A stretch of 61,424 nucleotides of DNA, counting the filler, from Coriobacteriales bacterium (lineage in GTDB: Bacteria; Actinomycetota; Coriobacteriia; Coriobacteriales; UBA8131), in the NCBI GenBank assembly GCA_031263105.1. It is 6 parts of 6 records of this genome, joined end to end, with 100 filler letters (N's around TTAATTAATTAA, not from the genome) between each part and the next. Parts side by side here need not be neighbours in the genome. Positions count along the whole stretch, not along the records: positions 1 to 8,420 come from JAISGJ010000084.1; positions 8,521 to 34,357 come from JAISGJ010000093.1; 4 more parts are not named here. One strand, given 5' to 3'. Of the stretch, positions 1 through 8,617 are shown one piece after another. The notes under the pieces were generated by a model that had not been told where the DNA came from, did no database searches, and saw nothing but the letters and a program-made list of their open reading frames with translations. The first letter of the stretch is position 1. Every line of letters begins with the position of its first letter. The position numbers and the translations under genes are program-made.

Positions 1-160
1 GAAGGTTCCTCGGCTGCGGGGCTTCGCCCCTCCGCTCGGAATGACAGTGGGGGGCGAGCTGCGGGCAGAGGCGCCTCCCGGCCACGGTCGGCCGCTTGCG
101 CGGTCGAAGGTTCCTCGGCGGCGGGGCTTCGCCCCTCCGCTCGGAATGACAGTGGGGGGC
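1..160. repeat. TGTC-tagged palindromic REP-like repeat, two partial units
   Basis: Two copies of GAAGGTTCCTCGGC..GGGCTTCGCCCCTCCGCTCGGAATGACAGTGGGG; same terminal motif as about 15 other intergenic loci. Confidence 0.85.
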
Positions 161-407
161 GAGCTGCGAGTGGGGGGCGAGCTGCAACAGCTCCTTTGTC
201 CGTGTCCGTCGTGTACTCCAAGAGGTCGCCCGGTTGACACTCCAGTTCGCGGCACAGGGCCTCCAGTGTCGAGAAGCGGACGGCCCTGGCCTTGTCGTTC
301 TTCAGTATCGAGAGGTTGGCGGGAGTGATGCCGACGCGTGCGGCAAGCTCGCCGGCGCTTATCCGGCGCTTTGCCATCATCACGTCTATGTGCAGCCTGA
401 TTCCCAT
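1..407 (-). CDS. Cro/CI-type (YozG/HTH_26-like) transcriptional regulator; 3' end runs off the window
   Basis: Manual translation from the ATG at 407: MGIRLHIDVMMAKRRISAGELAARVGITPANLSILKNDKARAVRFSTLEALCRELECQPGDLLEY, the typical DUF2975 partner regulator. No stop codon before position 1, so it is absent from the ORF track. Confidence 0.88.
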   Translation of the reverse strand, partial: MGIRLHIDVMMAKRRISAGELAARVGITPANLSILKNDKARAVRFSTLEALCRELECQPGDLLEYTTDTDKGAVAARPPLAARPPLSFRAEGRSPAAEEPSTAQAADRGREAPLPAARPPLSFRAEGRSPAAEEP

Positions 408-419
408 GCAGCTCCCTGC

Positions 420-875
420 CTAGATGGTGAGGTCGTTCTCGTCTTGCAGCGCGACGGCGGCGGCGAACAGGTTCTTCACCACGCGGAGCACCACGCCGAA
501 GAACGCGGCGATGATCGCGAGGGCAAAGAAGGTGAGGGAGACGGCACTGCTTGCAAGCAGCACGCCCGCCGCCGCGAAGCACGCCCAGGATATGGTGCGG
601 AGGTAGCGGACGTTGCGCGCACTGAACACCTCGCCGCGTCTGACGGCGACGAGCAGACGGTCGAGGGAGACGAGCGCCGTGTAGGCAGGCACGCAGAACG
701 CGTAGTATGCGGGCATGACGAGCAGGGCGTTCTGTGCCGCGATGAACGCGCGCCCCTCGAAGAAGCCGCCGACGCAAAGGAACGGCAGGGCGATGCCGAG
801 CAGCACGCCCAACAGCATAATAATGCGGGTACAGACCTGCGACAGGGTCACCGACCTGTCCGTGCTCCACGACAT
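420..875 (-). CDS. DUF2975 family membrane protein
   Basis: About 4 hydrophobic segments; motif GEVFSARNVRYLR and C-terminal LQDENDLTI. Start MSWSTD follows a GAGGTG RBS; paired with the HTH gene. Confidence 0.85.
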   Translation of the reverse strand: MSWSTDRSVTLSQVCTRIIMLLGVLLGIALPFLCVGGFFEGRAFIAAQNALLVMPAYYAFCVPAYTALVSLDRLLVAVRRGEVFSARNVRYLRTISWACFAAAGVLLASSAVSLTFFALAIIAAFFGVVLRVVKNLFAAAVALQDENDLTI

Positions 876-985
876 AGGCACCTCGCTCCCATGCTCCTGT
901 GCTCTCGTGCTTCCTTGGTGCCGCAAGCCCTGTCGTCGGCAACCAGCCTGCTCATGCAGCGCTGTTCCTACGATACCAAAAGGTA

Positions 986-1021
986 TCTCGATTATCAATA
1001 CAATTTTATTGTTTTTCGATA
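986..1021. promoter_or_regulatory. Putative tandem operator for the DUF2975/HTH operon
   Basis: AT-rich island with two related imperfect palindromes, TCTCG-ATTAT-CAATA (986-1000) and TATTG-TTTTT-CGATA (1007-1021). Confidence 0.5.
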
Positions 1022-1025
1022 AATT

Positions 1026-1982
1026 CTACTGCACCAGCTTCTTTGCCAGGTCGCCGGCGGGGGTGTTGAAGCCGTCGCCGAAGGCGCTCGGCATCACGAC
1101 GACGCCGCCGTTGTCCTTGACGCTCTCGTAGACCAGGTTCATGGTCCTCAGTTGCAGGGCGACCTCGTCTGCGTTGTAGACCTTGGCCGCGTTGGCGAAC
1201 ATCTCCGAGATGTCCTGCTCGACCTCCGCCAGGATGATGCGTGCGTTGCGGGCGCGCTCGGCCTGCGCCTCCTTGGACATCGCATCCTGGAGTTCCTTGG
1301 GGATGAGGATGTCGCGTATCTCGACGCTGATGATCGTGATGCCCCAGGCTTCGGTCTTCTGGCCGATGATGGACTGGAGCTCGTTGTCGAGCTGGTCGCG
1401 ACGGGTCGCAAGCTCGGCGATGCTCAGGCTGCCGACGGCGTTGCGCATGGTGGTCTGCGCTATCCACGAGACCGCGTTGGGGTAGTCCTCGACCTCGGTG
1501 CAGGCCTTCTGCGGGTCCCAGACCATCCAGAACAGGATGGCGTCCACGTCCACCGGCACAAGGTCGGAGGTGAGCGTCTCCTCGGCGTTGAAGGGCGTGG
1601 CCATGGTGCGCTGGTCGATGCGGGCGGCGACGAACTCGACAAGCGGTATCGTGAGGAAGAGCCCCGGCCCGACCGTGCGGTTGAGACGACCGAAGCGCAT
1701 GACCACGCACCTCTCCCAATCCATGGCGATATGGACCATGTTGGACACCACCAGCGCCACCAGAAGGGCCACGAAGATCGCAAGGGCCGTTATGTTGTGG
1801 TAGAAGAGCGCCAGCACGGCAGCGAACACGACGCAGAACAAGGCGGCGTATATGAGGTATATGCCGTTGCGACTGGCCTTCCGGTTGCCTCGGGACGGAG
1901 GGGCGGCGAGGTTGAAGTCGCTCCGTCTCGCCTGGGGCGGCCCGGCGGAGGCCGACATGCCGGGGCTGTGCTTGGGTCTCAT
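1026..1982 (-). CDS. SPFH/band 7 (stomatin/slipin) family membrane protein
   Basis: Two N-terminal TM helices; motifs WERCVVMRFGR, GPGLF, WGITIISVEIRDI, AMSKEAQAER, ALQLRTM. An alternative upstream start exists at 2027. Confidence 0.9.
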   Translation of the reverse strand: MRPKHSPGMSASAGPPQARRSDFNLAAPPSRGNRKASRNGIYLIYAALFCVVFAAVLALFYHNITALAIFVALLVALVVSNMVHIAMDWERCVVMRFGRLNRTVGPGLFLTIPLVEFVAARIDQRTMATPFNAEETLTSDLVPVDVDAILFWMVWDPQKACTEVEDYPNAVSWIAQTTMRNAVGSLSIAELATRRDQLDNELQSIIGQKTEAWGITIISVEIRDILIPKELQDAMSKEAQAERARNARIILAEVEQDISEMFANAAKVYNADEVALQLRTMNLVYESVKDNGGVVVMPSAFGDGFNTPAGDLAKKLVQ

Positions 1983-2023
1983 CGGCTTACCTCTTTCCTT
2001 TAGGGTCATCGGGGAAGCGGCAC

Positions 2024-2455
2024 TCATGCATTGCGTGCCGCCTTCCGGCCGGTCTGCCTCGTCCCCTTGGTGCCCGAACTGCCCAGACGGGCCTGACGGG
2101 CCTTGACCAAAGCCGTGATGTCGGATGCGGTAAGGCCCAGGCTCCTCATTCGTGAGAGGTACTCGTCGGTGATAAGGTCGGCCGTGCTTCCGGGCGTGCC
2201 GTCTCCCCTATCCGTGAATTCGGTGACGAAGGTGCCCTGGCCGCGCTTGGAGACGATGTAGCCGTCGCGCTCAAGGCTCTGGTAGACCTTGTTGACCGTG
2301 TTGTAGTTTATCTTGAGCAGGACGGCCATCTTGTGCACCGTGGGCAGCTGGTCGCCGACCTGGTAATGGCCGGAGGTGATGAGGAAGAGCAGGCGGTTGC
2401 GCAGCTGCACCCAGACGGGAATCCCGCTCTTCTCGTCGATTGCAAAGTCGTCCAT
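2024..2455 (-). CDS. GntR family (YtrA-like) transcriptional regulator
   Basis: SGIPVWVQL...GDQLPTV...INYNTVNKVYQSLERDG...RGQGTFV wHTH signature. Confidence 0.92.
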   Translation of the reverse strand: MDDFAIDEKSGIPVWVQLRNRLLFLITSGHYQVGDQLPTVHKMAVLLKINYNTVNKVYQSLERDGYIVSKRGQGTFVTEFTDRGDGTPGSTADLITDEYLSRMRSLGLTASDITALVKARQARLGSSGTKGTRQTGRKAARNA

Positions 2456-2479
2456 GGGCGGTCGCTCTCCTTGCCGTGC

Positions 2480-3376
2480 CTACAATGCCAGCGATGAGGC
2501 AAGTTGCACGTCAGGATGCGTCCCCACCATGAGAAAACAATACCGTATCGCCAGTGTGCCCGCCAGCAGCATGAGCGCGTAGACCGCCGTCAGGCTCCAG
2601 GTGGCCTTGCGATGGGTCAGCCACTCGACGCCCAGGGGCACTGCTATGCCGCACGCGACGACTCCGCCCCAGAACGGCAGAAGGTAGTCGCCGGACACCA
2701 GTTCCGCAGCAGATTCGGCCGCCGCCGGGGAGCCGTGGAGGGCAAGGGCCACATAGGCCGCCAACAGAAGCGACTCGCAGACAATGAGGGGAAGGTGGGT
2801 GCCCGACAGCTGCGCCATCAGCCTGAGCGGCACGCCGTCCGCCTGTCGGAAGAAGCTGATGAGCATCAGCAGCGCGACCCCGCCGGAAAGCGAGCTGAGC
2901 ACGAGGATCGCCGGCAACAGAGGGGAGTTCCAGAAGTGCACCGAGCGCAGATCCTGCAGGAGGAGGCCGACGTAGAGCATCACGGCAAGCGCACTGAGGG
3001 CGCTTGCCCAGCGAACCGCGATGTGGACGACCTTGGGAACACGTTCGGCGAACCGCAGACGCAGCAGCATCTGGAGGGCGGTCAGCGCCAAAAAGAGAGC
3101 CAAGAACCAAGCGCCTGTGGCAAGTACCGTCACACTCGGGTCAACAAGGAGTTCGAGCAACCGGTCGACACGACCGAGGTCGAAGACCAGAAACACCGCA
3201 CCGCATATGACGCAGACGATGCCGACGAGGTGCCCGGGCGCAACGAGCGGACGATACGATGCGTAGAGGTGCGGCCTGAAGCACCTGACGAAGCTGTCGA
3301 GGAAAAAGACGACGAAGGACAGGCCGCTCCCCGCCCCGGCAAAGAACATATACCATATGATGTTTACGCTGAACAT
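2480..3376 (-). CDS. NrfD/PsrC family membrane anchor subunit
   Basis: About 8 TM helices; YMFFAG, DLGR, GAW, YVGLLL, FWNSPLLP, FW-GV and IRY motifs. Confidence 0.85.
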   Translation of the reverse strand: MFSVNIIWYMFFAGAGSGLSFVVFFLDSFVRCFRPHLYASYRPLVAPGHLVGIVCVICGAVFLVFDLGRVDRLLELLVDPSVTVLATGAWFLALFLALTALQMLLRLRFAERVPKVVHIAVRWASALSALAVMLYVGLLLQDLRSVHFWNSPLLPAILVLSSLSGGVALLMLISFFRQADGVPLRLMAQLSGTHLPLIVCESLLLAAYVALALHGSPAAAESAAELVSGDYLLPFWGGVVACGIAVPLGVEWLTHRKATWSLTAVYALMLLAGTLAIRYCFLMVGTHPDVQLASSLAL

Positions 3377-3464
3377 AGCAGCAGCATACCATATCCGCCC
3401 GCCTCCGCCCGACTAAACCTATTTACTTATGAAAATAGAACTATCCCCCCGCACAGCCTGCACA

Positions 3465-3602
3465 CCCCCACTGTCATTCCGAGCTCCGCCGAGGAATCTT
3501 TGGACACGCAGTGTCCAACCGCAGGCCAGGGGGTCCTTCGACCTGCGGTCGACCGCTGGCGCGGCCGAGGATCCCTCGGCAGGCTCGGGATGGCAGTGGG
3601 GG
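3465..3602. repeat. TGTC-tagged palindromic REP-like repeat
   Basis: CACTGTCATTCCGAGC ... GCTCGGGATGGCAGTG termini; internal TTGGACACGCAGTGTCCAA and GCGGTCGACCGC hairpins. Confidence 0.9.
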
Positions 3603-3808
3603 TCTGTGGAGGGTGTGACCACGTGTGCCTGTAACGCGAAGGCTGCCGCGAAAGCTGCTGGCTCGTGTCGAGCGGCAGCCAGACCCTTGGCGATGCTCAA
3701 AGCCATGTTGTCTGAGGAAGCGCCCGACATCCGAATACGCTTTGCGCCTGCCTTCTTCGCCAAAAAGAGAACGAAAGGGAGACGGGGCGAAGGGCTATAA
3801 TGGTGCCT

Positions 3809-4699
3809 ATGAAGATCGTCCGCTCTCGATATGCCGGTGCCTGTTATGGTGTCGAACGTGCCTTGTCGCTGGTCGATGACGCGGCGGATGCGGCGCGTGT
3901 GAGCGGTGCCGCCGTCCATACCCTCGGGCCGCTCATCCACAACCCGCAGGTCGTGGGAGAGCTGCAGCGGCGCGGGGTCGAGGAGGTGCGCGGGGTCGAG
4001 GAGGTGGGCGAGGGCATTCTTGTCATCCGCTCGCACGGCGTCGCCCCTGCGGCCATCGAACGGGCGCGCAGCCGAGGGCTGCAGGTCGTCGATGCGACCT
4101 GCCCGCATGTCTCCAAGGCGCAGGCGGCGGCGCGGCATCTGCGCGAGCAGGGCTGCCGCGTGGTGGTGGTCGGCGAGCCGGGGCATCCCGAGGTCGAGGG
4201 CATCCAGGCCTACGCCGGAAGCGACGCGATCGTGGTGCAGGGGCCCTCCGACCTGCCCGCAGGTCTTGTGGGGGGCGGGGGCGGACGCAAGGGAGTCGGC
4301 AGCGAGGACGGCGGGGGCATGATAGGGGTCGTCGTGCAGACCACGCAGACCGCCGAGGTGCTCGACGCGGTCGTCGAGGCGCTCCGTGGACGCGGCATCG
4401 CGCCTGTCGTGCGCAACACCATCTGCTTTGCGACCCGGCAGCGCCAGGAGGCCGCCATCGAGCTGGCCGACAGCGTGGACGCCATGGTGGTCGTCGGCGG
4501 GCGGAACTCGGGCAACACGACCCGCCTCGCGCAGCTCTGCCAGGCGGTCTGCCCACGGACCCATCACGTCGAGAACGCATCCGAGCTTGTGCCCGCATGG
4601 TTCGAGGGCGTCTCCGTGGTGGGGATAACCGCAGGCGCATCCACGCCGGAGGGCCAGATCATCGCCGTCGAGCAGGCACTTCAATGCGCTCGCTTGTAG
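3809..4699 (+). CDS. ispH: 4-hydroxy-3-methylbut-2-enyl diphosphate reductase
   Basis: GACYGVERA, LIHNPQV, IRSHG, DATCPHV, HPEV, QTT, NTICFAT, VGGRNSGNT and GITAGASTP motifs. TATAAT lies 7 nt before ATG 3809. Confidence 0.97.
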   Translation: MKIVRSRYAGACYGVERALSLVDDAADAARVSGAAVHTLGPLIHNPQVVGELQRRGVEEVRGVEEVGEGILVIRSHGVAPAAIERARSRGLQVVDATCPHVSKAQAAARHLREQGCRVVVVGEPGHPEVEGIQAYAGSDAIVVQGPSDLPAGLVGGGGGRKGVGSEDGGGMIGVVVQTTQTAEVLDAVVEALRGRGIAPVVRNTICFATRQRQEAAIELADSVDAMVVVGGRNSGNTTRLAQLCQAVCPRTHHVENASELVPAWFEGVSVVGITAGASTPEGQIIAVEQALQCARL

Positions 4700-4801
4700 T
4701 CCCTCATGCACCCTTGACAGCCTGTGGGCAAGAGCCTGATAATAAAACAAAGTAAAAAGAAATAAGAAAGAATAAAACGAGCAATCGTCGAAGGAGCCCT
4801 G

Positions 4802-5908
4802 ATGTACAACAATCCCTTCACCCCCGTGTTCGGCAGCGAGCCGCTTTACCTTGCAGGGCGCAAGAAGCTGGTCTCCGACGTTTTGAGAGGCTTGGAAAAC
4901 GGTCCGGGCGACCCCAACAGAACCACCGTTTTTACGGGTGCGCGCGGCAGCGGGAAAACGGTCCTGCTCTCACATATCGCCTCTGCGGCAGAGGGCATGG
5001 GGTGGATCGCCGCACAGGTTGCCGCAGGCCCCGACATGCTTCTCGACCTCATGGACCAAGTCGAGAAAAGCGGCAGAGAGTTCTTGCCCGCGCAACCTTC
5101 GAGCCGACTTTCCGAGTTGACGCTTGGAGGCTTTGGCGCAGCGCGGGAACTGCAGCCCCCAAAGCAGCTTGGATGGCGGGCACAGATGGAATCCCATCTG
5201 GACGCGCTCGATGCCCAAAACGTCGGCCTGCTGTTCACCGTAGACGAAGTGAAGGCGACAGAGCCGGATCTGATCCGGTTTGTCTCGGTGTTCCAGTTCT
5301 TTGTCAGAGACAGGCGCAACGTCGCGCTTCTGATGGCCGGGCTTCCGGGAAACGTCGTACAGATGCTCCGGGTGGACTCGATCTCGTTTATGCGGCGAGC
5401 CTTCCAGAGGACGCTCGACCCGCTCCAGCAGCCAGAGACCCGTCAACTGATCAGGGACACCGTCGAAGCCACAGGGCGCAGCATCGACGACCGGGCGCTC
5501 AGGGCTGCCGCGAATGCCACCAGCGGCCTGCCGTTCCTCATCCAGCTTATCGGCTACCATGCCTTCAACCAGTCGAACAGGGAAACGATCTCGCTGAAGG
5601 ACACCGAGGCAGGGATCATCGACTCCCGTGAGGACATGAGGAACATGGTCTTGAACGCCACCTTGAACGACCTGTCGGAAGTCGAGAGGCGTTTTCTCCA
5701 TGCAATGGCGCTGGACGAACGTGAGAGCAGGGTCGCAGATATCGCTGCGAGGCTGGGCGAGAGCAGCCAGTACGTCGGGACGTATCGCCGCCGTCTGATC
5801 TCGCAGGGAGTGATAGCACCTGCCGGGCGCGGCAAGCTGACCTTTGCCATGCCGATGCTCAGAGAACTGCTGTTGGAAGACATACAGGAACGAGGAAAAG
5901 AAGTATGA
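4802..5908 (+). CDS. AAA+/P-loop ATPase with C-terminal winged helix
   Basis: NPFTP..G..P..LAGR, Walker A GARGSGKT, Walker B LLFTVDE, G-PFLIQL and a C-terminal HTH (YRRRLISQGVI). Confidence 0.85.
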   Translation: MYNNPFTPVFGSEPLYLAGRKKLVSDVLRGLENGPGDPNRTTVFTGARGSGKTVLLSHIASAAEGMGWIAAQVAAGPDMLLDLMDQVEKSGREFLPAQPSSRLSELTLGGFGAARELQPPKQLGWRAQMESHLDALDAQNVGLLFTVDEVKATEPDLIRFVSVFQFFVRDRRNVALLMAGLPGNVVQMLRVDSISFMRRAFQRTLDPLQQPETRQLIRDTVEATGRSIDDRALRAAANATSGLPFLIQLIGYHAFNQSNRETISLKDTEAGIIDSREDMRNMVLNATLNDLSEVERRFLHAMALDERESRVADIAARLGESSQYVGTYRRRLISQGVIAPAGRGKLTFAMPMLRELLLEDIQERGKEV

Positions 5909-6279
5909 AGTTCGTAGCACGTTGGCTTATCTGTGCCGTTGCCGCCGGCATCGCGTTCTGGCTCGTCCCCGGCATCGACGTCGTCGCCTCCCCGCCCTAC
6001 CTTGCCATCGGCATCCTCGCGCTCTTCCTCGCGCTCATCAACGTCTCCCTCAAGCCGCTTCTCCAGGCAATCGCGCTGCCGTTCACCATACTGACCTTCG
6101 GCATCTTCTACCTCGTCGTCAACACCGCCCTGCTCTACCTGGCGGCGTGGCTCGCAGGCGCGCTCTTCGGCGTCAGCCTCGTCATCGCAGGCTTCGGCTC
6201 GGCCTTCCTCGCATCCCTCGTCATCAGCATCGTCACCGTGATCCTCAACGCCCTCACAGGTGCCAAGCGGGACCGATGA
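5905..6279 (+). CDS. Phage holin-like family (DUF360/YvlD) membrane protein
   Basis: 4 TM helices; motif LIN..LKPLL..I.LP.TILTFGIF.LVVN. Confidence 0.85.
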   Translation: MKFVARWLICAVAAGIAFWLVPGIDVVASPPYLAIGILALFLALINVSLKPLLQAIALPFTILTFGIFYLVVNTALLYLAAWLAGALFGVSLVIAGFGSAFLASLVISIVTVILNALTGAKRDR

Positions 6280-7901
6280 CCCAGGAGCAGGCACCGGAAG
6301 CGGAGGCGCAGGGACGCGACGGGGAGGGGCCGTCCCCCGATACGGCCCCGCTGTGCTGCACCGCCTCCTATGCCCCCACCGAGCCGCCCGGCACGCACGG
6401 CGCGGTGATCGCAGGCGTCGATCCTGCCTCTCCGGGGGAGAAGGGCGGGCTCGTCGCGGGCATGCGCGTCCTGTCCGTCGAGGGCGTGGTGCCGCGCGAC
6501 GTCCTCGACTGGATGTGGCTTGCCAGCGACGCGGAGGTGCATCTGACGGCGTGCGGGGGGCCGCAGGCGACGGCGGCGGACGGGGCGGCGAAGGCGGCCG
6601 CAGGCCGTGGGGCGGGGGCGGATGCAGGGACGGCCCGCACTTCTCCCCATGCCCACGTGACCGCGCACACGCTCAGGCGCGGCCTGGGGGAGGACTGGGG
6701 CGTCACCTTCGCCGACCCGCTGTTCGACGGGCTCATGACCTGCCGCAACAGCTGCGTCTTCTGCTTTATGACGATGCTGCCCAAGGGAATGCGCCCCTCG
6801 CTGTACCTGCGCGACGACGACTACCGCCTCTCCTTTTTGCAGGGCAACTTCGTGACGCTGACGAACCTCGGCGAGGACGACGTGCGGCGCATCGTCGACT
6901 ACCGCCTCTCGCCGCTCCATGTCTCGCTGCACGCCGTCGGTCCCGCCGTGCGCCGCCGCCTCATAGGGGCGAACCACGCCCGTGGCATCGAGGTGCTCGA
7001 CCGGCTGCTCGACGCCGGCATCGAGGCGCACGCGCAGGTGGTAGTCGTGCCCGGCATCAACGACGGGGCCGAGCTCGACCTGACGCTGGGGTGGGCCGCG
7101 CGGCGGCCCGGCATCCTCTCCTTGGGCGTCGTGCCCTACGGCCACACCCGCTTCGCACGCCTGCAGGCCGCGTTTCGCCCTGACGACGCACGGCGCGTGA
7201 TAGCGCAGCTCGCCCCTTGGCAGGAGCGCTCGCGCGAGGCGGAGGGCGCGACGCGCTTCCAGCTGGCCGACGAGTGGTACCTGCTGGCGGGCGCACCGCC
7301 TGCGCCTGCGGAGCACTACGACGGCTACCCCCAGTTCGAGGACGGCATCGGGATGCTCCGGGCCTTCGAGGACGAGTGGGAGGCAGCGGCGGCGGACGAT
7401 ACGAGAGGAACGGGCCGTGCGGAGGGCGCAGGGAGCGCGGAAGCCGAGGGGGGCACGGGCACGGGCACGGGGCACGCGGAAGGCGGCGGAGGTGCTGCGG
7501 AAGATGCGGGGGCTGCGGGGAACGCAGGGGCCGAGGGCTCAGGGGCACATCTGCTCCTCGTCACCGGGGAGGCCTTCGCGCCGACCTTGCGACGGCTGGT
7601 GACCGCGTCCTTCCCCCACAACACCCCCGAGGTCCGGGCCATACGCAACCGCTTCTTCGGCGGCAACGTGAACGTCACCGGGCTTCTCACCGCGCAGGAC
7701 GTCGTCGCCCAGCTGAAGGAGCAAGGGACCTCGCCGCACAGCACCGTCGTCCTCCCCTGCGCCCTCTTCAACCCCGACGGCCTGACGCTCGACGACAAGC
7801 AGGCCGCAGACATCGCCCGGGCCCTGGGCCGGCGCGTGGTCGTGGCATCCGCCGGCGCAGAGGGGGCCTTCGAGGCCTGCCGCCTCTCGCAGGTTCCGTA
7901 A
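6276..7901 (+). CDS. DUF512 domain radical SAM Fe-S protein with N-terminal PDZ-like domain
   Basis: CRNSCVFCF, RPSLYLRDDDYRLSFLQGNFVTLTN, YDGYPQFEDGIG and NRFFGGNVNVTGLLT motifs. ATG 6276 overlaps the holin stop codon. Confidence 0.9.
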   Translation: MTQEQAPEAEAQGRDGEGPSPDTAPLCCTASYAPTEPPGTHGAVIAGVDPASPGEKGGLVAGMRVLSVEGVVPRDVLDWMWLASDAEVHLTACGGPQATAADGAAKAAAGRGAGADAGTARTSPHAHVTAHTLRRGLGEDWGVTFADPLFDGLMTCRNSCVFCFMTMLPKGMRPSLYLRDDDYRLSFLQGNFVTLTNLGEDDVRRIVDYRLSPLHVSLHAVGPAVRRRLIGANHARGIEVLDRLLDAGIEAHAQVVVVPGINDGAELDLTLGWAARRPGILSLGVVPYGHTRFARLQAAFRPDDARRVIAQLAPWQERSREAEGATRFQLADEWYLLAGAPPAPAEHYDGYPQFEDGIGMLRAFEDEWEAAAADDTRGTGRAEGAGSAEAEGGTGTGTGHAEGGGGAAEDAGAAGNAGAEGSGAHLLLVTGEAFAPTLRRLVTASFPHNTPEVRAIRNRFFGGNVNVTGLLTAQDVVAQLKEQGTSPHSTVVLPCALFNPDGLTLDDKQAADIARALGRRVVVASAGAEGAFEACRLSQVP

Positions 7902-7918
7902 ACAAAGACCTTTCGCTG

Positions 7919-8197
7919 TTAGTCACCCATCTCTTCAGCGAAGTCAGCTACGGACATCGACTGCCTTGGAATCAGGCCGCTCCGCATTTCCTCGATCTCG
8001 CGAATCGCCGCCAGCGTCTCCGCGTTCGGTCTGTTCAGCCCGATTTCAAACGGGATCTTCCCTTGTCGTACCGACTGGCGCACAAAGACGTTCAGCGCAG
8101 TGGTCATATTCATTCCCAACTCGGAAAAAAGGCCGTCAGCCTGTTCTTTGAGGCTCTTGTCCATGCGGATACTGAGATTTACGGTTTCACCGTTCAT
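7919..8197 (-). CDS. RelB/DinJ family antitoxin, no adjacent toxin
   Basis: IRMD..LK..A..LF.ELGMNMTTALNVFVRQSVR.GKIPFEI..PNAETLAAI is a DinJ-type signature. Confidence 0.88.
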   Translation of the reverse strand: MNGETVNLSIRMDKSLKEQADGLFSELGMNMTTALNVFVRQSVRQGKIPFEIGLNRPNAETLAAIREIEEMRSGLIPRQSMSVADFAEEMGD

Positions 8198-8315
8198 TGC
8201 GTTAGCTCCTTTCGATTCAATGTGCTTTTATCATACCATATAATATGTGCAATGCCCATGCAACATATATGTCATGCACATATTTTACAAGCTCCGTGTT
8301 ACTGTTCACACCCTA

Positions 8316-8420
8316 CTGTCATTCCGAGCGCAGCGTAGCGAAGTCGAGGAATCTTTGGGTCCGAGCGCCCGGAAAACGCACAGCGTTTTCAGCGAGGATG
8401 GCGCGACAGTCCAGTGGACT
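8316..8420. repeat. TGTC-tagged repeat, truncated by gap
   Basis: ACTGTCATTCCGAGCGCAGCGTAGCGAAGTCGAGGAATC; near-identical to the copy at 61238. Confidence 0.85.
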
Positions 8421-8520
8421 NNNNNNNNNNNNNNNNNNNNNNNNNNNNNNNNNNNNNNNNNNNNTTAATTAATTAANNNNNNNNNNNNNNNNNNNNNNNN
8501 NNNNNNNNNNNNNNNNNNNN
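8421..8520. other. Artificial contig linker (N44-TTAATTAATTAA-N44); the same linker is at 34358-34457, 39265-39364, 47215-47314 and 58056-58155
   Basis: Identical 100-nt N-run plus stop-codon linker occurs five times. Confidence 0.97.
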
Positions 8521-8595
8521 CGGAGGGGCCCCTGACCTACCGTTGGACACTGCGTGTCCAAAGATTCCTCGGCGGGGCTCGGAATGACAGTGGGG
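8521..8595. repeat. TGTC-tagged repeat, right half
   Basis: TTGGACACTGCGTGTCCAAAGATTCCTCGG..GCTCGGAATGACAGTGGGG. Confidence 0.85.
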
Positions 8596-8617
8596 TGCGA
8601 GCTCAGTAACCATCTCC

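Noticed and set aside
5905..6279. Holin-like gene as evidence of a prophage
   Set aside because: The DUF360/YvlD family is a common chromosomal membrane protein, and no phage genes are nearby.
8421..8520. TTAATTAATTAA motif repeated five times within N runs
   Set aside because: Artificial scaffolding linker, not biological. Gene adjacency across these gaps is unverified.
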